From: Rickettsia typhi
GTDB taxonomy: Bacteria > Pseudomonadota > Alphaproteobacteria > Rickettsiales > UBA1997
DNA: 58,020 nt
NCBI GenBank assembly: GCA_945890035.1
Contig: CAMDCJ010000001.1
Coordinates: forward strand, 1-58,020
Direction of reading: 5' to 3'
Shown: piece after piece, positions 45,106-53,207 of the stretch
How positions within the stretch are numbered: position 1 is the stretch's first letter
Layout: each line of letters starts with the position of its first letter
Program-made: the position numbers and the translations under genes
Notes under the pieces: generated by a model
The model's database searches: none
Seen by the model: the letters and a program-made list of their open reading frames with translations, nothing else
What the model was told of the DNA's origin: nothing

Positions 45106-46083
45106 ATGAAAAAAAAAGTTGATAACAAAAAACCAATAAAAAATTCAAAAAATGATGAGAAGTCAAAAAAATCTTTGTTTGATTTATATGAGTTTATGCC
45201 ACAAAAATCAGGGTTTCTCGGTGTTAAAGAAAAATATTTAGAATCAAATGACGATGCCAAAGTAATAGTTATTCCTTTCGGTTTGGAAAAATCGGTGAGC
45301 TATGGCGGTGGCACTAAAAATGGCCCACAAGCCATTATTAAAGCTTCGCATCAAGCCGAATTGTTCGATGAAGAATTTTGGTGTGAACCGTTTCGTCAAT
45401 ATGGCGTTGCAACAATGAAGGCGCAAGAAATAGATTATAGTTCGGTGCCAAAATCGCTTGATCAACTTGAAAAAATTACCTCCGATGTTCTTGAGGCAAA
45501 AAAATTTCCATTAATTTTGGGCGGTGAGCATTCAATTACGGCGGGCTCAATTCGTCCTTTTGTAAAAAAATATAAAGACTTGGCGATTTTGCATTTTGAT
45601 GCTCACGCTGATTTGCGAGATGGTTATGCTGGCGAACATTATTCTCATGCTTCGGCACTGCGTCGGGTTATGGATCATCCGATTTCAACTTTAATTTCTT
45701 GCGGAATCCGCAATATTTCGGCTTCAGAAATCCCTTTTTTAGAAAGTAATTCGAGTCGAATTAAAATGCATTTTGCTAAAGATAAACATGCGTGGGATTA
45801 TAAAAAAATAGTTGAACCTTTAAAGGGCAGAAATGTTTTTTTAACTTTTGATATTGACGGATTTGATTCTGGAATTATGCAGGCTACAGGCACTCCCGAG
45901 CCAGGTGGATTATTATGGTATGATGCCATAAATATTATCAAAGAAGCTTCAAAAATTTGTAATATTGTTGGTGCCGATGTTGTTGAATTGGCGCCTGTCA
46001 AAACCTTACATTCTTGTGATTTTTTGGCCGCCAAATTATGCTATAAAATTTTATCATTTGCCTTAGCTAAACCACAAAAATGA
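45106..46083 (+). CDS. Agmatinase/arginase-family ureohydrolase (SpeB-like) with a Lys-rich N-terminal extension
   Basis: 325 aa with Mn-binding motifs GGEHSIT, HFDAHADLRD and LTFDIDGFD. The first ~25 aa (MKKKVDNKKPIKNSKNDEKSKKS) are low-complexity. Confidence 0.8.
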   Translation: MKKKVDNKKPIKNSKNDEKSKKSLFDLYEFMPQKSGFLGVKEKYLESNDDAKVIVIPFGLEKSVSYGGGTKNGPQAIIKASHQAELFDEEFWCEPFRQYGVATMKAQEIDYSSVPKSLDQLEKITSDVLEAKKFPLILGGEHSITAGSIRPFVKKYKDLAILHFDAHADLRDGYAGEHYSHASALRRVMDHPISTLISCGIRNISASEIPFLESNSSRIKMHFAKDKHAWDYKKIVEPLKGRNVFLTFDIDGFDSGIMQATGTPEPGGLLWYDAINIIKEASKICNIVGADVVELAPVKTLHSCDFLAAKLCYKILSFALAKPQK

Positions 46084-47090
46084 AAGAAAAAAAGAACATT
46101 ATTAATGATATAGAAATTCAGCGAGGCACAAAAGTTCGCATCAATATTGACATGGGTAGAATGCATGATTTTACCGATTTAAAAATGCCAATTGAAGTTG
46201 TGAGTGGAGTAAAAGACGGCCCAACTCTTTTTGTATCCTCAACTATTCATGGCGATGAAATTAATGGCATTGAAATTGTGCGTCGATTGCTTGATTATGT
46301 TAAGGTTGATAAAATATGCGGAACGCTTATCGCCATCCCGATCGTTAATATTTTTGGTTTCAATGATCATTCGCGATATTTGCCCGATCGACGCGATTTA
46401 AATCGTTGTTTTCCAGGAATTAAAAATGGCTCTTTGGCATCGCAACTTGCTTACAAATTCATGCAAGAAATTGTGCTAAAATCCGATTATGGGATTGATA
46501 TTCACAGCGGTTCTTTTCATCGCTCAAATTATCCGCAAGTTCGAACTAATATTGATGAAGAAATTAATCTCGAATTAGCAAAAGTTTTTAATGCGCCCGC
46601 GATTATCAATTCTAATTTACGCGACGGCTCGCTTAGAAGCGCGGGTATGCAAGCTAATATTCCAATAATTTTATATGAAGCTGGCGAAATTTTGCGCTTT
46701 GATGAAAATGCCACAAAGACTGGCTTAAATGGTATTTTAAATGTTATGGAAAAAATTGGCATGATTGCCAAAGCTCCACAAGATGATGCGAAAAAAATAT
46801 TTATTGCGCTTTCAAGTTCTTGGCTTCGCGCGTCACAAAGTGGAATTTTTATTTCCAATATTAAACTTGGTGACATGGTGCAAAAAGGACAAATTATTGG
46901 ATCAATTTCCAATCCTTTTGGCGATAATAAAATCGAAATTCGCGTTAATGAAGATGGTATGGTGATTGGTTTAACAATGATGCCTTTAGTTAATAAGGGC
47001 GATGCTTTACTTCATATTGCTTCACAAAAAAATCAAACCTCAAATGAAGGATTTTTGGTGAATGATAATATCAATTTAACTCTAGATTAA
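46080..47090 (+). CDS. Succinylglutamate desuccinylase/aspartoacylase (AstE/AspA, M14-like zinc hydrolase) family protein
   Basis: 336 aa with the zinc motif STIHGDEINGIE, then DLNRCFPG and GIDIHSG. The ATGA start/stop overlap with the upstream gene suggests translational coupling. Confidence 0.75.
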   Translation: MKEKKNIINDIEIQRGTKVRINIDMGRMHDFTDLKMPIEVVSGVKDGPTLFVSSTIHGDEINGIEIVRRLLDYVKVDKICGTLIAIPIVNIFGFNDHSRYLPDRRDLNRCFPGIKNGSLASQLAYKFMQEIVLKSDYGIDIHSGSFHRSNYPQVRTNIDEEINLELAKVFNAPAIINSNLRDGSLRSAGMQANIPIILYEAGEILRFDENATKTGLNGILNVMEKIGMIAKAPQDDAKKIFIALSSSWLRASQSGIFISNIKLGDMVQKGQIIGSISNPFGDNKIEIRVNEDGMVIGLTMMPLVNKGDALLHIASQKNQTSNEGFLVNDNINLTLD

Positions 47091-47091
47091 A

Positions 47092-47382
47092 AAATACCAC
47101 TTCCACTCTTAAATGATGCGACTGAATTTTGTGGAACTCGTCTTTGCGCGCCTACATTTAGTAGGCTTACGCAGACTCGTCCTTAAATTCAATCGCCTGA
47201 TTTAAGATTGGAAGCGGTATTTCTGAGAGACTAATAAATGATGCGACTGAATTTTGTGGAACTCGTCTTTGCGCGCCTACATTTAGTAGGCTTACGCAGA
47301 CTCGTCCTTAAATTCATTCGCCTCATTTAAGATTGGAAGCGGTATTTCTGAGAGACTAATAAATGATGCGAGGAGAATTTTG
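47092..47382 (+). repeat. Family-A palindromic element duplicated in tandem (125-nt period; 2 full copies plus a partial third)
   Basis: Units 47111-47235 and 47236-47360 differ at only 2 positions (caatcgcctgattt vs cattcgcctcattt). The third unit starts at 47361 (aaatgatgcga..) and then diverges. The array starts 2 nt after the stop at 47088-47090. Confidence 0.92.
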
Positions 47383-47386
47383 CTCA

Positions 47387-47550
47387 ACGCTTCATCTTTT
47401 TCGAAGAAAAAGATGAAGCGTTTATCCGCAAAAAAAATTTTCAAAATGGCAATTTCTTGATTTAACTTTTGAACTAAAAAATCACCAATTTTTGTTTGAA
47501 AAATTTATAAATTTTGTCGATTAAAGTCAAAATCAAAAATTTTCAAAGCA
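47387..47550. repeat. Perfect 16-bp palindrome (family G) followed by the AT-rich inverted modules shared with loci 2400-3030 and 24400-24580
   Basis: acgcttcatctttttc-gaa-gaaaaagatgaagcgt (47387-47421), then ttatccgcaaaaaaaattttcaaaatggcaatttcttgatttaac... . Related sequences are 2861-2935, the reverse complement of 2500-2560, and a degenerate copy at about 470-505. Confidence 0.75.
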
Positions 47551-48051
47551 TCATCTAGGAATATAGTCAACCGAAAGCAGAGAGCCTCTTATGGGAGATT
47601 TTTTTTCAACATTATAATAAACATTTAAATCTTTCAAAATGATGTCCATTTGAGCAGTTTTGTTGCCAGAATCTTTGGTGTCGTAAGTAATAATTTGAAT
47701 GTCGTAATCTTTGATATAAATTTGTACATAACCAAAATCTTTGGGATTAAAAAAACTCGGCAAATCATTTTTTTTGATGCTAAAATTGCGAATTATATTT
47801 TCATTATAAAGATTTTTCCAGCTGACTTTTATTATTCCAAAAAAATCTTCTGAACCATTGATAATAAATGATGATCCTTGGGTTGATCCGGGATTTAATT
47901 GTGAAAGATTTAAAGTTTTTTGAGGAAATTTAATCGAGATATTTTTTACAATATTTGAACTTAAATTACTTACATAAATCGTTGGACCTTCTCGTGGGAA
48001 ATTTGCGCATGAAAATAATAATAAAAATATTAAAATTATCAAATTTTTCAT
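47551..48051 (-). CDS. Putative lipoprotein
   Basis: 166 aa with a signal peptide and lipobox-like MKNLIILIFLLLFS-C. No family recognised. The start directly abuts the stop of the upstream glycosyltransferase gene. Confidence 0.4.
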   Translation of the reverse strand: MKNLIILIFLLLFSCANFPREGPTIYVSNLSSNIVKNISIKFPQKTLNLSQLNPGSTQGSSFIINGSEDFFGIIKVSWKNLYNENIIRNFSIKKNDLPSFFNPKDFGYVQIYIKDYDIQIITYDTKDSGNKTAQMDIILKDLNVYYNVEKKSPIRGSLLSVDYIPR

Positions 48052-48834
48052 TTACTTTTTTAATAAATTAGCTCGAAAAAGTTCACGAGTTTTGATCGCT
48101 TTGGCAAAGCGCGAAAGAGCAAAAATATAGCTATAAATTATTCCATCAAAACCATAAATAAAATAACGACGAACAATGAAGGCTTTTAGAAAGCCAACGG
48201 TTGGTGCCAAAAAAACTTTAAAATAAGATGGACACTTTCCTTTTGCAAAAGCATCTTGAGCTTGCATCGAAGAGTAAGAGTTAATTTTATCAATCCAATG
48301 TGAAAAACTCCGAAAAGATTGGTGAAAAATAATATTTTTTAATTGTAAAATTTGATATTTTTCGTTGGATTTTAATTCGACCGAATCATGAACTGCACTG
48401 TTTTTGAAGCCGGCGACATCTTTGCGATAAAGGCGAAATTGATTATAAAAATAAGCTAATTTTTTGGGGCGCTCTTCAAAGCGAAATTTATTAACAATTT
48501 TAATTTTAAATCCCGCTACATTTTCGGCAATTTTTTGACTAAAAATTTCAATAATTTCTTGTGATAATTCATTTGAAACTTCTTCGTCGGCATCAATATT
48601 TAATATCCAGTTATTGCGACATTGTTGTTCGCCAAAAATTTTTTGCTGACCATAGCCATTCCATTGATTGAAATAAGTTTTAGCGCCCAAAGCTTGGCTT
48701 TTTTCAAGGGTTTTGTCGCTACTTCCAGAATCAACAATTAAAATTTCATCAGCAAAATTTTTAACCGCCTTGATAATGTTTTCGATGCGATCTTCTTCAT
48801 TTTTGGTTATGATAAAAACTGAAATAGGTAACAT
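48052..48834 (-). CDS. Family 2 glycosyltransferase (LPS-core KdtX/WaaE-like)
   Basis: 260 aa with ISVFIITKNEEDRIENIIKAV..FADEILIVDSGSSDKT and the DADE motif (NIDADEEV). Confidence 0.8.
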   Translation of the reverse strand: MLPISVFIITKNEEDRIENIIKAVKNFADEILIVDSGSSDKTLEKSQALGAKTYFNQWNGYGQQKIFGEQQCRNNWILNIDADEEVSNELSQEIIEIFSQKIAENVAGFKIKIVNKFRFEERPKKLAYFYNQFRLYRKDVAGFKNSAVHDSVELKSNEKYQILQLKNIIFHQSFRSFSHWIDKINSYSSMQAQDAFAKGKCPSYFKVFLAPTVGFLKAFIVRRYFIYGFDGIIYSYIFALSRFAKAIKTRELFRANLLKK

Positions 48835-48924
48835 AAATTCTATTGATTTAATTTTTAAGCGATAATATATTTTTTAAAAATATATTCAATTTATTTTTTC
48901 AAATAAATTTTACCATTTAAACTT

Positions 48925-49704
48925 ATGAAAAATAACTCAAAGAAAAAAATTATTGTTTTGGTTTCAATTGTTGTCCTGATTGCCTTCTCAGCTTTGGTAG
49001 CTAATAATTACAAAACTAAAACTTCATTTAAATATGCTAGTCAAAGTGCTGATGAATTAAAGCCCGAATTAAACTCGCAAGACCCCGTAAATAAAGCGGT
49101 AATTGATGATGCTAAAAACCAAGAAGAAGCGCGCAAAAACAGTGAATTATTAAAAATTCTACCTGAAGATTATGTTCTTGGCGATAAAAATGCCCCAGTT
49201 GTTTTCATAGAATATGCTTCTCTTTCTTGCCCTCATTGTGCCTCTTTCGTGCGTGAATCCTTTGAGAAAATCAAAACTGAATATGTTGATAATGGTAAAG
49301 TTGCTTTTATTTATAGAAACTTTCCCTTGAACCACCCCGCCCTTGCTGGTGCCATGATTAGCGAATGTGTTGCTAAAAATAGCGATAATCCAAGTGAGAA
49401 ATATTATAGTGCTACCAAAATTTTATTCAAAACTCAAGATAACTGGGCCTTTGACCAAAAATTTATTGAAAAACTTGAATCTATTTTTAAGCTTGACGGC
49501 ATGAGCTCAGATACTTTCAAAGCTTGTGTAAATGATAAGGCTTTGCAAGAAAAAATTCTAAAACATCGCATGGAAGTTGCTAAATCACTTTTCATAAAAT
49601 CAACGCCAAGTTTTTTTGTTAATGGCGAAATTTCTGAAGGTTATGTCGATTATGTGACTTTAAAAAAACTTATCGATAAAAAATTAGAAGAGGCTAAAAA
49701 ATAA
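48925..49704 (+). CDS. DsbA-family thiol:disulfide oxidoreductase
   Basis: 259 aa with an N-terminal membrane anchor and a thioredoxin fold with the active site SCPHCASF. Confidence 0.8.
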   Translation: MKNNSKKKIIVLVSIVVLIAFSALVANNYKTKTSFKYASQSADELKPELNSQDPVNKAVIDDAKNQEEARKNSELLKILPEDYVLGDKNAPVVFIEYASLSCPHCASFVRESFEKIKTEYVDNGKVAFIYRNFPLNHPALAGAMISECVAKNSDNPSEKYYSATKILFKTQDNWAFDQKFIEKLESIFKLDGMSSDTFKACVNDKALQEKILKHRMEVAKSLFIKSTPSFFVNGEISEGYVDYVTLKKLIDKKLEEAKK

Positions 49705-49707
49705 TTA

Positions 49708-50472
49708 ATGAGCGAAAAAATATCGATTCAAAATCTCGTCAAAAATTTTGATGACAAAGAAGTCTTGTGCGGAATAAATTTGCAAGTTAATAAAGGAGAA
49801 TCTTTGGTTGTCTTGGGTGGCTCGGGAAGTGGTAAATCGGTATTAATCAAAATTATTGCAACCCTAATTGCACCAACTTCGGGAAACATTAAAATCGATG
49901 GCGAAGAAGTTTCAAATATCAAAGAAAAACAGCGTGACAAATTAATGGAAAAATTTGGATTTTTATTTCAAGGCGGAGCGCTTTTTGATTCGCTTTCGGT
50001 CTGGGAAAATGTAGCTTTTCGCTTAGTTAATCATCAAAAAATGCCAAAAATCGATGCCAAAAAAATTGCCATCGCTAAACTTAATGCAGTCGGCTTGAGC
50101 CAAAAAACCGCGGATTTATTGCCCTCGGAGCTTTCGGGCGGAATGCAAAAACGCGTTTCACTTGCAAGAGCAATTGCCACCAATCCCGAAATAATTTTTT
50201 TCGACGAGCCAACCACGGGGCTTGATCCAATCATGGCGGATGTCATCAATAACTTAATCATTGCCAATTCCAAAGAACTCGGCGCCACAACCATCACCAT
50301 TACTCACGATATGCATTCGGCACGCAAAATTGCTGACAAAGTTGCCATGCTTTACGAAGGCAAAATAATCTGGTGCGATTCAATTAAAAATCTTGATAAT
50401 TCCAACAACCCCTTTGTTGATCAATTCATTAATGGTCGCGCTGAAGGACCGATTAACTTTTTAAAGAAATAA
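49708..50472 (+). CDS. ABC transporter ATP-binding protein, MlaF-like
   Basis: 254 aa with Walker A GGSGSGKS, signature LSGGMQKRVSLARA and Walker B IIFFDEPTTGLDP. Its length and C-terminus are typical of MlaF/Ttg2A. Confidence 0.8.
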   Translation: MSEKISIQNLVKNFDDKEVLCGINLQVNKGESLVVLGGSGSGKSVLIKIIATLIAPTSGNIKIDGEEVSNIKEKQRDKLMEKFGFLFQGGALFDSLSVWENVAFRLVNHQKMPKIDAKKIAIAKLNAVGLSQKTADLLPSELSGGMQKRVSLARAIATNPEIIFFDEPTTGLDPIMADVINNLIIANSKELGATTITITHDMHSARKIADKVAMLYEGKIIWCDSIKNLDNSNNPFVDQFINGRAEGPINFLKK

Positions 50473-50564
50473 TTTTTTTAAAAACTACGAGAATTCTTCA
50501 AATACTAATATTTAAAAATAGTTTTTGAAATTTAGTTTTTATAGAGGGATTCTTTCGTGAAAAG

Positions 50565-50640
50565 TGGTGCCTAGAGACGGAATCGAACCGCCGACACAAG
50601 GATTTTCAGTCCTTTGCTCTACCGACTGAGCTATCTAGGC
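50565..50640 (-). tRNA. tRNA-Phe (anticodon GAA), CCA encoded
   Basis: The reverse complement is GCCTAGATAGCTCAGTCGGTAGAGCAAAGGACTGAAAATCCTTGTGTCGGCGGTTCGATTCCGTCTCTAGGCACCA. It folds as a 7-bp acceptor, GCTC/GAGC D stem, AAGGA/TCCTT anticodon stem with loop CTGAAAA, and a TTCGATT T loop. Confidence 0.95.
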
Positions 50641-50787
50641 AAATGTTTTAATCATATTAAAAAACTTAGTTTTAAATGCAATTAAATATTTTTTTAAATG
50701 CATTTTTTTTAAAAATTTATGGTCTTGTTAAAAAATTAAACTCTTATAAAATCACAATATTAAAATTTTTTCAATTTAAATAAGTTT

Positions 50788-50931
50788 ATGGAAAATTTGA
50801 ACGATTATTCTTTTTATGTAAACCTTGCCTATTGGCTTTCGGGATTGATATCATTTGTTTATATTGCTAAAATTTTTATTAATTTTTTTACTTTAAAAAA
50901 AACTTTAAATAATGTTCAAAAAAAGTCTTAA
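50788..50931 (+). CDS. ccmD: Heme exporter protein D (CcmD)-like small membrane protein - not in the ORF track (47 aa)
   Basis: My manual translation is MENLNDYSFYVNLAYWLSGLISFVYIAKIFINFFTLKKTLNNVQKKS. It has a single TM helix and a YV..AY motif, as in CcmD. It overlaps the ccmE start by 20 nt, the canonical position. Confidence 0.5.
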   Translation: MENLNDYSFYVNLAYWLSGLISFVYIAKIFINFFTLKKTLNNVQKKS

Positions 50932-51364
50932 TAATAAGCAAAAAAGATCAATTTTTGTGGCAGGAATTTTTTTAATATCAATTATTTCACTAATTTTTAT
51001 TTTAAAAAATTTTCAAAATAATATTGTCTTTTTTTTCTCGCCATCCGAAATTGATAAAATCCGCTCAAGCCTTTCAAGCGTAAGAGTGGGAGGTATGATA
51101 AAAAAAGATTCAATTAAAAAAATCGACGCTTTAACGACCGAGTTTATTATTACTGATTACAAAAATGACTTAGCAATTAATTATCGTGGAATTTTACCCG
51201 ATCTATTTAGAGATGAACAAGGAGTAGTTGCCAAAGGTAAAATAAATATTGTAGAAAATAAATTTTATTCAAGTGAATTATTGGTGAAGCATGATGAAAA
51301 TTATATGCCACCTGAGGTTGCCAAAGATTTAAAAATGAAAATACCGGATTCCACTCTTAAATGA
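50912..51364 (+). CDS. ccmE: Cytochrome c-type biogenesis heme chaperone CcmE
   Basis: 150 aa with an N-terminal anchor, ..VRVGGMI.., GVVAKG and the heme-binding LVKHDENYMPPEV. The last 9 codons and the stop lie inside a family-A repeat. Confidence 0.88.
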   Translation: MFKKSLNNKQKRSIFVAGIFLISIISLIFILKNFQNNIVFFFSPSEIDKIRSSLSSVRVGGMIKKDSIKKIDALTTEFIITDYKNDLAINYRGILPDLFRDEQGVVAKGKINIVENKFYSSELLVKHDENYMPPEVAKDLKMKIPDSTLK

Positions 51365-51471
51365 TGCGACCGAATTTTGCGGATCTCGTCTTTGCGCGCC
51401 TACTTTAGAGTAGGCTTACGCAGACTCGTCCTTAAATTCAATCGCCTGATTTAAGATTGGAAGCGGTATTT
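51338..51471. repeat. Family-A palindromic element, copy A5, overlapping the ccmE 3' end
   Basis: aaataccggattccactcttaaatgatgcgaccgaattt ... aaattcaatcgcctgatttaagattggaagcggtattt. It is about 85-90% identical (by eye) to 23928-24059 and 47092-47223. Confidence 0.85.
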
Positions 51472-51531
51472 ATGAGAAACTAATGAGTTATGTTGTTGAG
51501 TTTAGGCTATTTTTTTAACGCAAATAACCTA

Positions 51532-51557
51532 GATTTAAGATTGGAAGCGGTATTTAT
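51532..51557 (+). repeat. Solo copy of the family-A right terminus
   Basis: gatttaagattggaagcggtatttat is identical to 51448-51473. Confidence 0.9.
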
Positions 51558-51655
51558 CGTGTTACACATTAAATTTGCTAGCGCAAATTTAGCTTTTTAG
51601 TTGAATCGCTCCATGGCGAATAAATCGCCGTATTCGCGATGAGTTCGGTGCCATT

Positions 51656-51931
51656 GCTCCCCCCTTGAGGGGGAGCGGGCTCCGAGGATTTAACGGTAGT
51701 TAAATTCGCGGAGACGTGGGGGGTCAAAAAAGCTACAGCGACAATTAATTATCGATTATATCGAATTTTAAAATAAAAGAAATTCAAGAAATCGTCTTAT
51801 TTAGAATTTTTTTGTTTTAACTTTTCTCGGAACATTAAAACCTTTGGTGCTCTAAGTTTTTGACCCCCCACGATTCTAGAAACTTAACTACCGTTAAGTT
51901 TCTAGAATCTGCTCCCCCTCAAGGGGGGAGC
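51656..51931. repeat. ~276-nt giant imperfect inverted repeat (composite palindromic element, copy X-iv)
   Basis: The left arm is gctccccccttgagggggagc (51656-51676)..ggatttaac-ggta-gttaaattc..gtggggggtcaaaaaagc (51716-51733). The right arm is tttttgaccccccac (about 51857-51871)..attctagaaacttaac-tacc-gttaagtttctagaat (51873-51908)..gctccccctcaaggggggagc (51911-51931). Confidence 0.85.
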
Positions 51932-51990
51932 TATATTCCGTAAGCGTTGTGAGCATTTTTGTAAAATGTAGGGGTATAAGCCCCTTTAGA
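51927..51990. repeat. Flank module E, copy at locus iv
   Basis: ggagctatattccgtaagcgttgtgagcatttttgtaaaatgtaggggtataagcccc aligns with 3183-3291. Confidence 0.7.
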
Positions 51991-52279
51991 AGGACTTGCA
52001 TTAATCCAAATTCTTGGCGATGCGGAGAGGGGTCAGAAAAGCATAGATAATGAACGGTTTCGCATCAATAGTAAAAATTTTCCAAAATAGTTTTTTACAA
52101 AAGCTAATTTCTTGAATCGATTAAAAGCATTCGAATTTTATAACTTTTCAAATCTTTAATATTTCTGAAGCATAAACCTAAAAAGTTTCATAAAAATTCT
52201 TGCACTTTTTAACTTACTAATCAAAATTAAAAATTATTATTAGCCCAATTAAATTTTAAATTTAAATTATAGGTTTCAC

Positions 52280-53194
52280 ATGGAACAAAAAGCCACATTA
52301 GTAAAATTTACCGATAAAAAACTTGGACGCGGACTTTCAGCTTTACTCGGAGAGAGTAAGGTAAAATCACCTTTATTTAACCCAGAAAATCAAGACGTAG
52401 TTGAAAAAATTAGTCTTAAAAAAATTCGCCCCGGTGTTTATCAGCCTCGTCAACATTTTGAAGAAACTGAATTGCAAGATTTGGCCGATTCAATCAAAGA
52501 GCATGGCGTAATTCAGCCCATAATTTTGCGTAAAACCGATGATGATTTTTATGAAATTATCGCCGGAGAGCGCCGTTTCCGTGCTTCAAAAATAGCTAAT
52601 CTTACCGAAATTCCAGCGATTTTTAGAAAATTTTCTGACAATGATGCTCTTGAAATTGCCATTATTGAAAATGTCCAACGCTCTGATTTGTCGCCGACCG
52701 AAGAGGCTCGAGGCTATCAAAGATTGATGAAAGAATTTGCTTATACCCAAGAAATTGTTGCCAAAAAAGTTGGCAAAAGTCGTGCGCACATTGCTAATTT
52801 ATTGCGCTTGCTAACATTACCTGAAAAAGTTCGTGAATATTTGGATAGTAAACAAATTTCCATGGGGCATGCGCGCGCCATAATTAATTCGATCAATCCT
52901 GAAGAATTGGCAAAAAGAATTATTGCCAAAGGTTTGAATGTGCGTGACGCCGAAGAAATTGTGCGTGACGAAAAAATTGAAAAAGCCAAAAGAACGCCAG
53001 TTTTAATTAGAACCGAATCGCGAATTAAATTTATTAATAGCGAACATTTGGTTGCCTTAGAAAATCAAATATCGGAACTGTGTGGAATGGATTGTAAAAT
53101 TTCTTATAATGGCTTCAAAGGTGTCGGCAAAATCATTATGAAATTTGATGAAATTGAAAAAATTCAACAATTGATTACTGGCTTAGAAAAATAG
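52280..53194 (+). CDS. parB: Chromosome partitioning protein ParB
   Basis: 304 aa with KLGRGLSALLGE, the ParB box IIAGERRFRASK and HTH ..IVAKKVGKSRAHIANLLRLL. Confidence 0.9.
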   Translation: MEQKATLVKFTDKKLGRGLSALLGESKVKSPLFNPENQDVVEKISLKKIRPGVYQPRQHFEETELQDLADSIKEHGVIQPIILRKTDDDFYEIIAGERRFRASKIANLTEIPAIFRKFSDNDALEIAIIENVQRSDLSPTEEARGYQRLMKEFAYTQEIVAKKVGKSRAHIANLLRLLTLPEKVREYLDSKQISMGHARAIINSINPEELAKRIIAKGLNVRDAEEIVRDEKIEKAKRTPVLIRTESRIKFINSEHLVALENQISELCGMDCKISYNGFKGVGKIIMKFDEIEKIQQLITGLEK

Positions 53195-53207
53195 TTTTTC
53201 TAAAATT

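Noticed and set aside
47092-47382. The tandem 125-nt repeats and other repeat loci considered as a CRISPR array
   Set aside because: The units are contiguous with no unique spacers. The repeats are about 125 nt rather than 25-40 nt. There are no cas genes in the window. The other loci are inverted or nested repeats, not regularly spaced.
52271-52286. parS-like sequence ggtttcacatggaaca overlapping the parB start codon
   Set aside because: It matches only 13 of 16 positions of the TGTTTCACGTGAAACA consensus, and the right half-site is degenerate. By my rough estimate a few such matches are expected by chance in 58 kb of both strands. The position is suggestive but not supportable without ChIP or comparative data.
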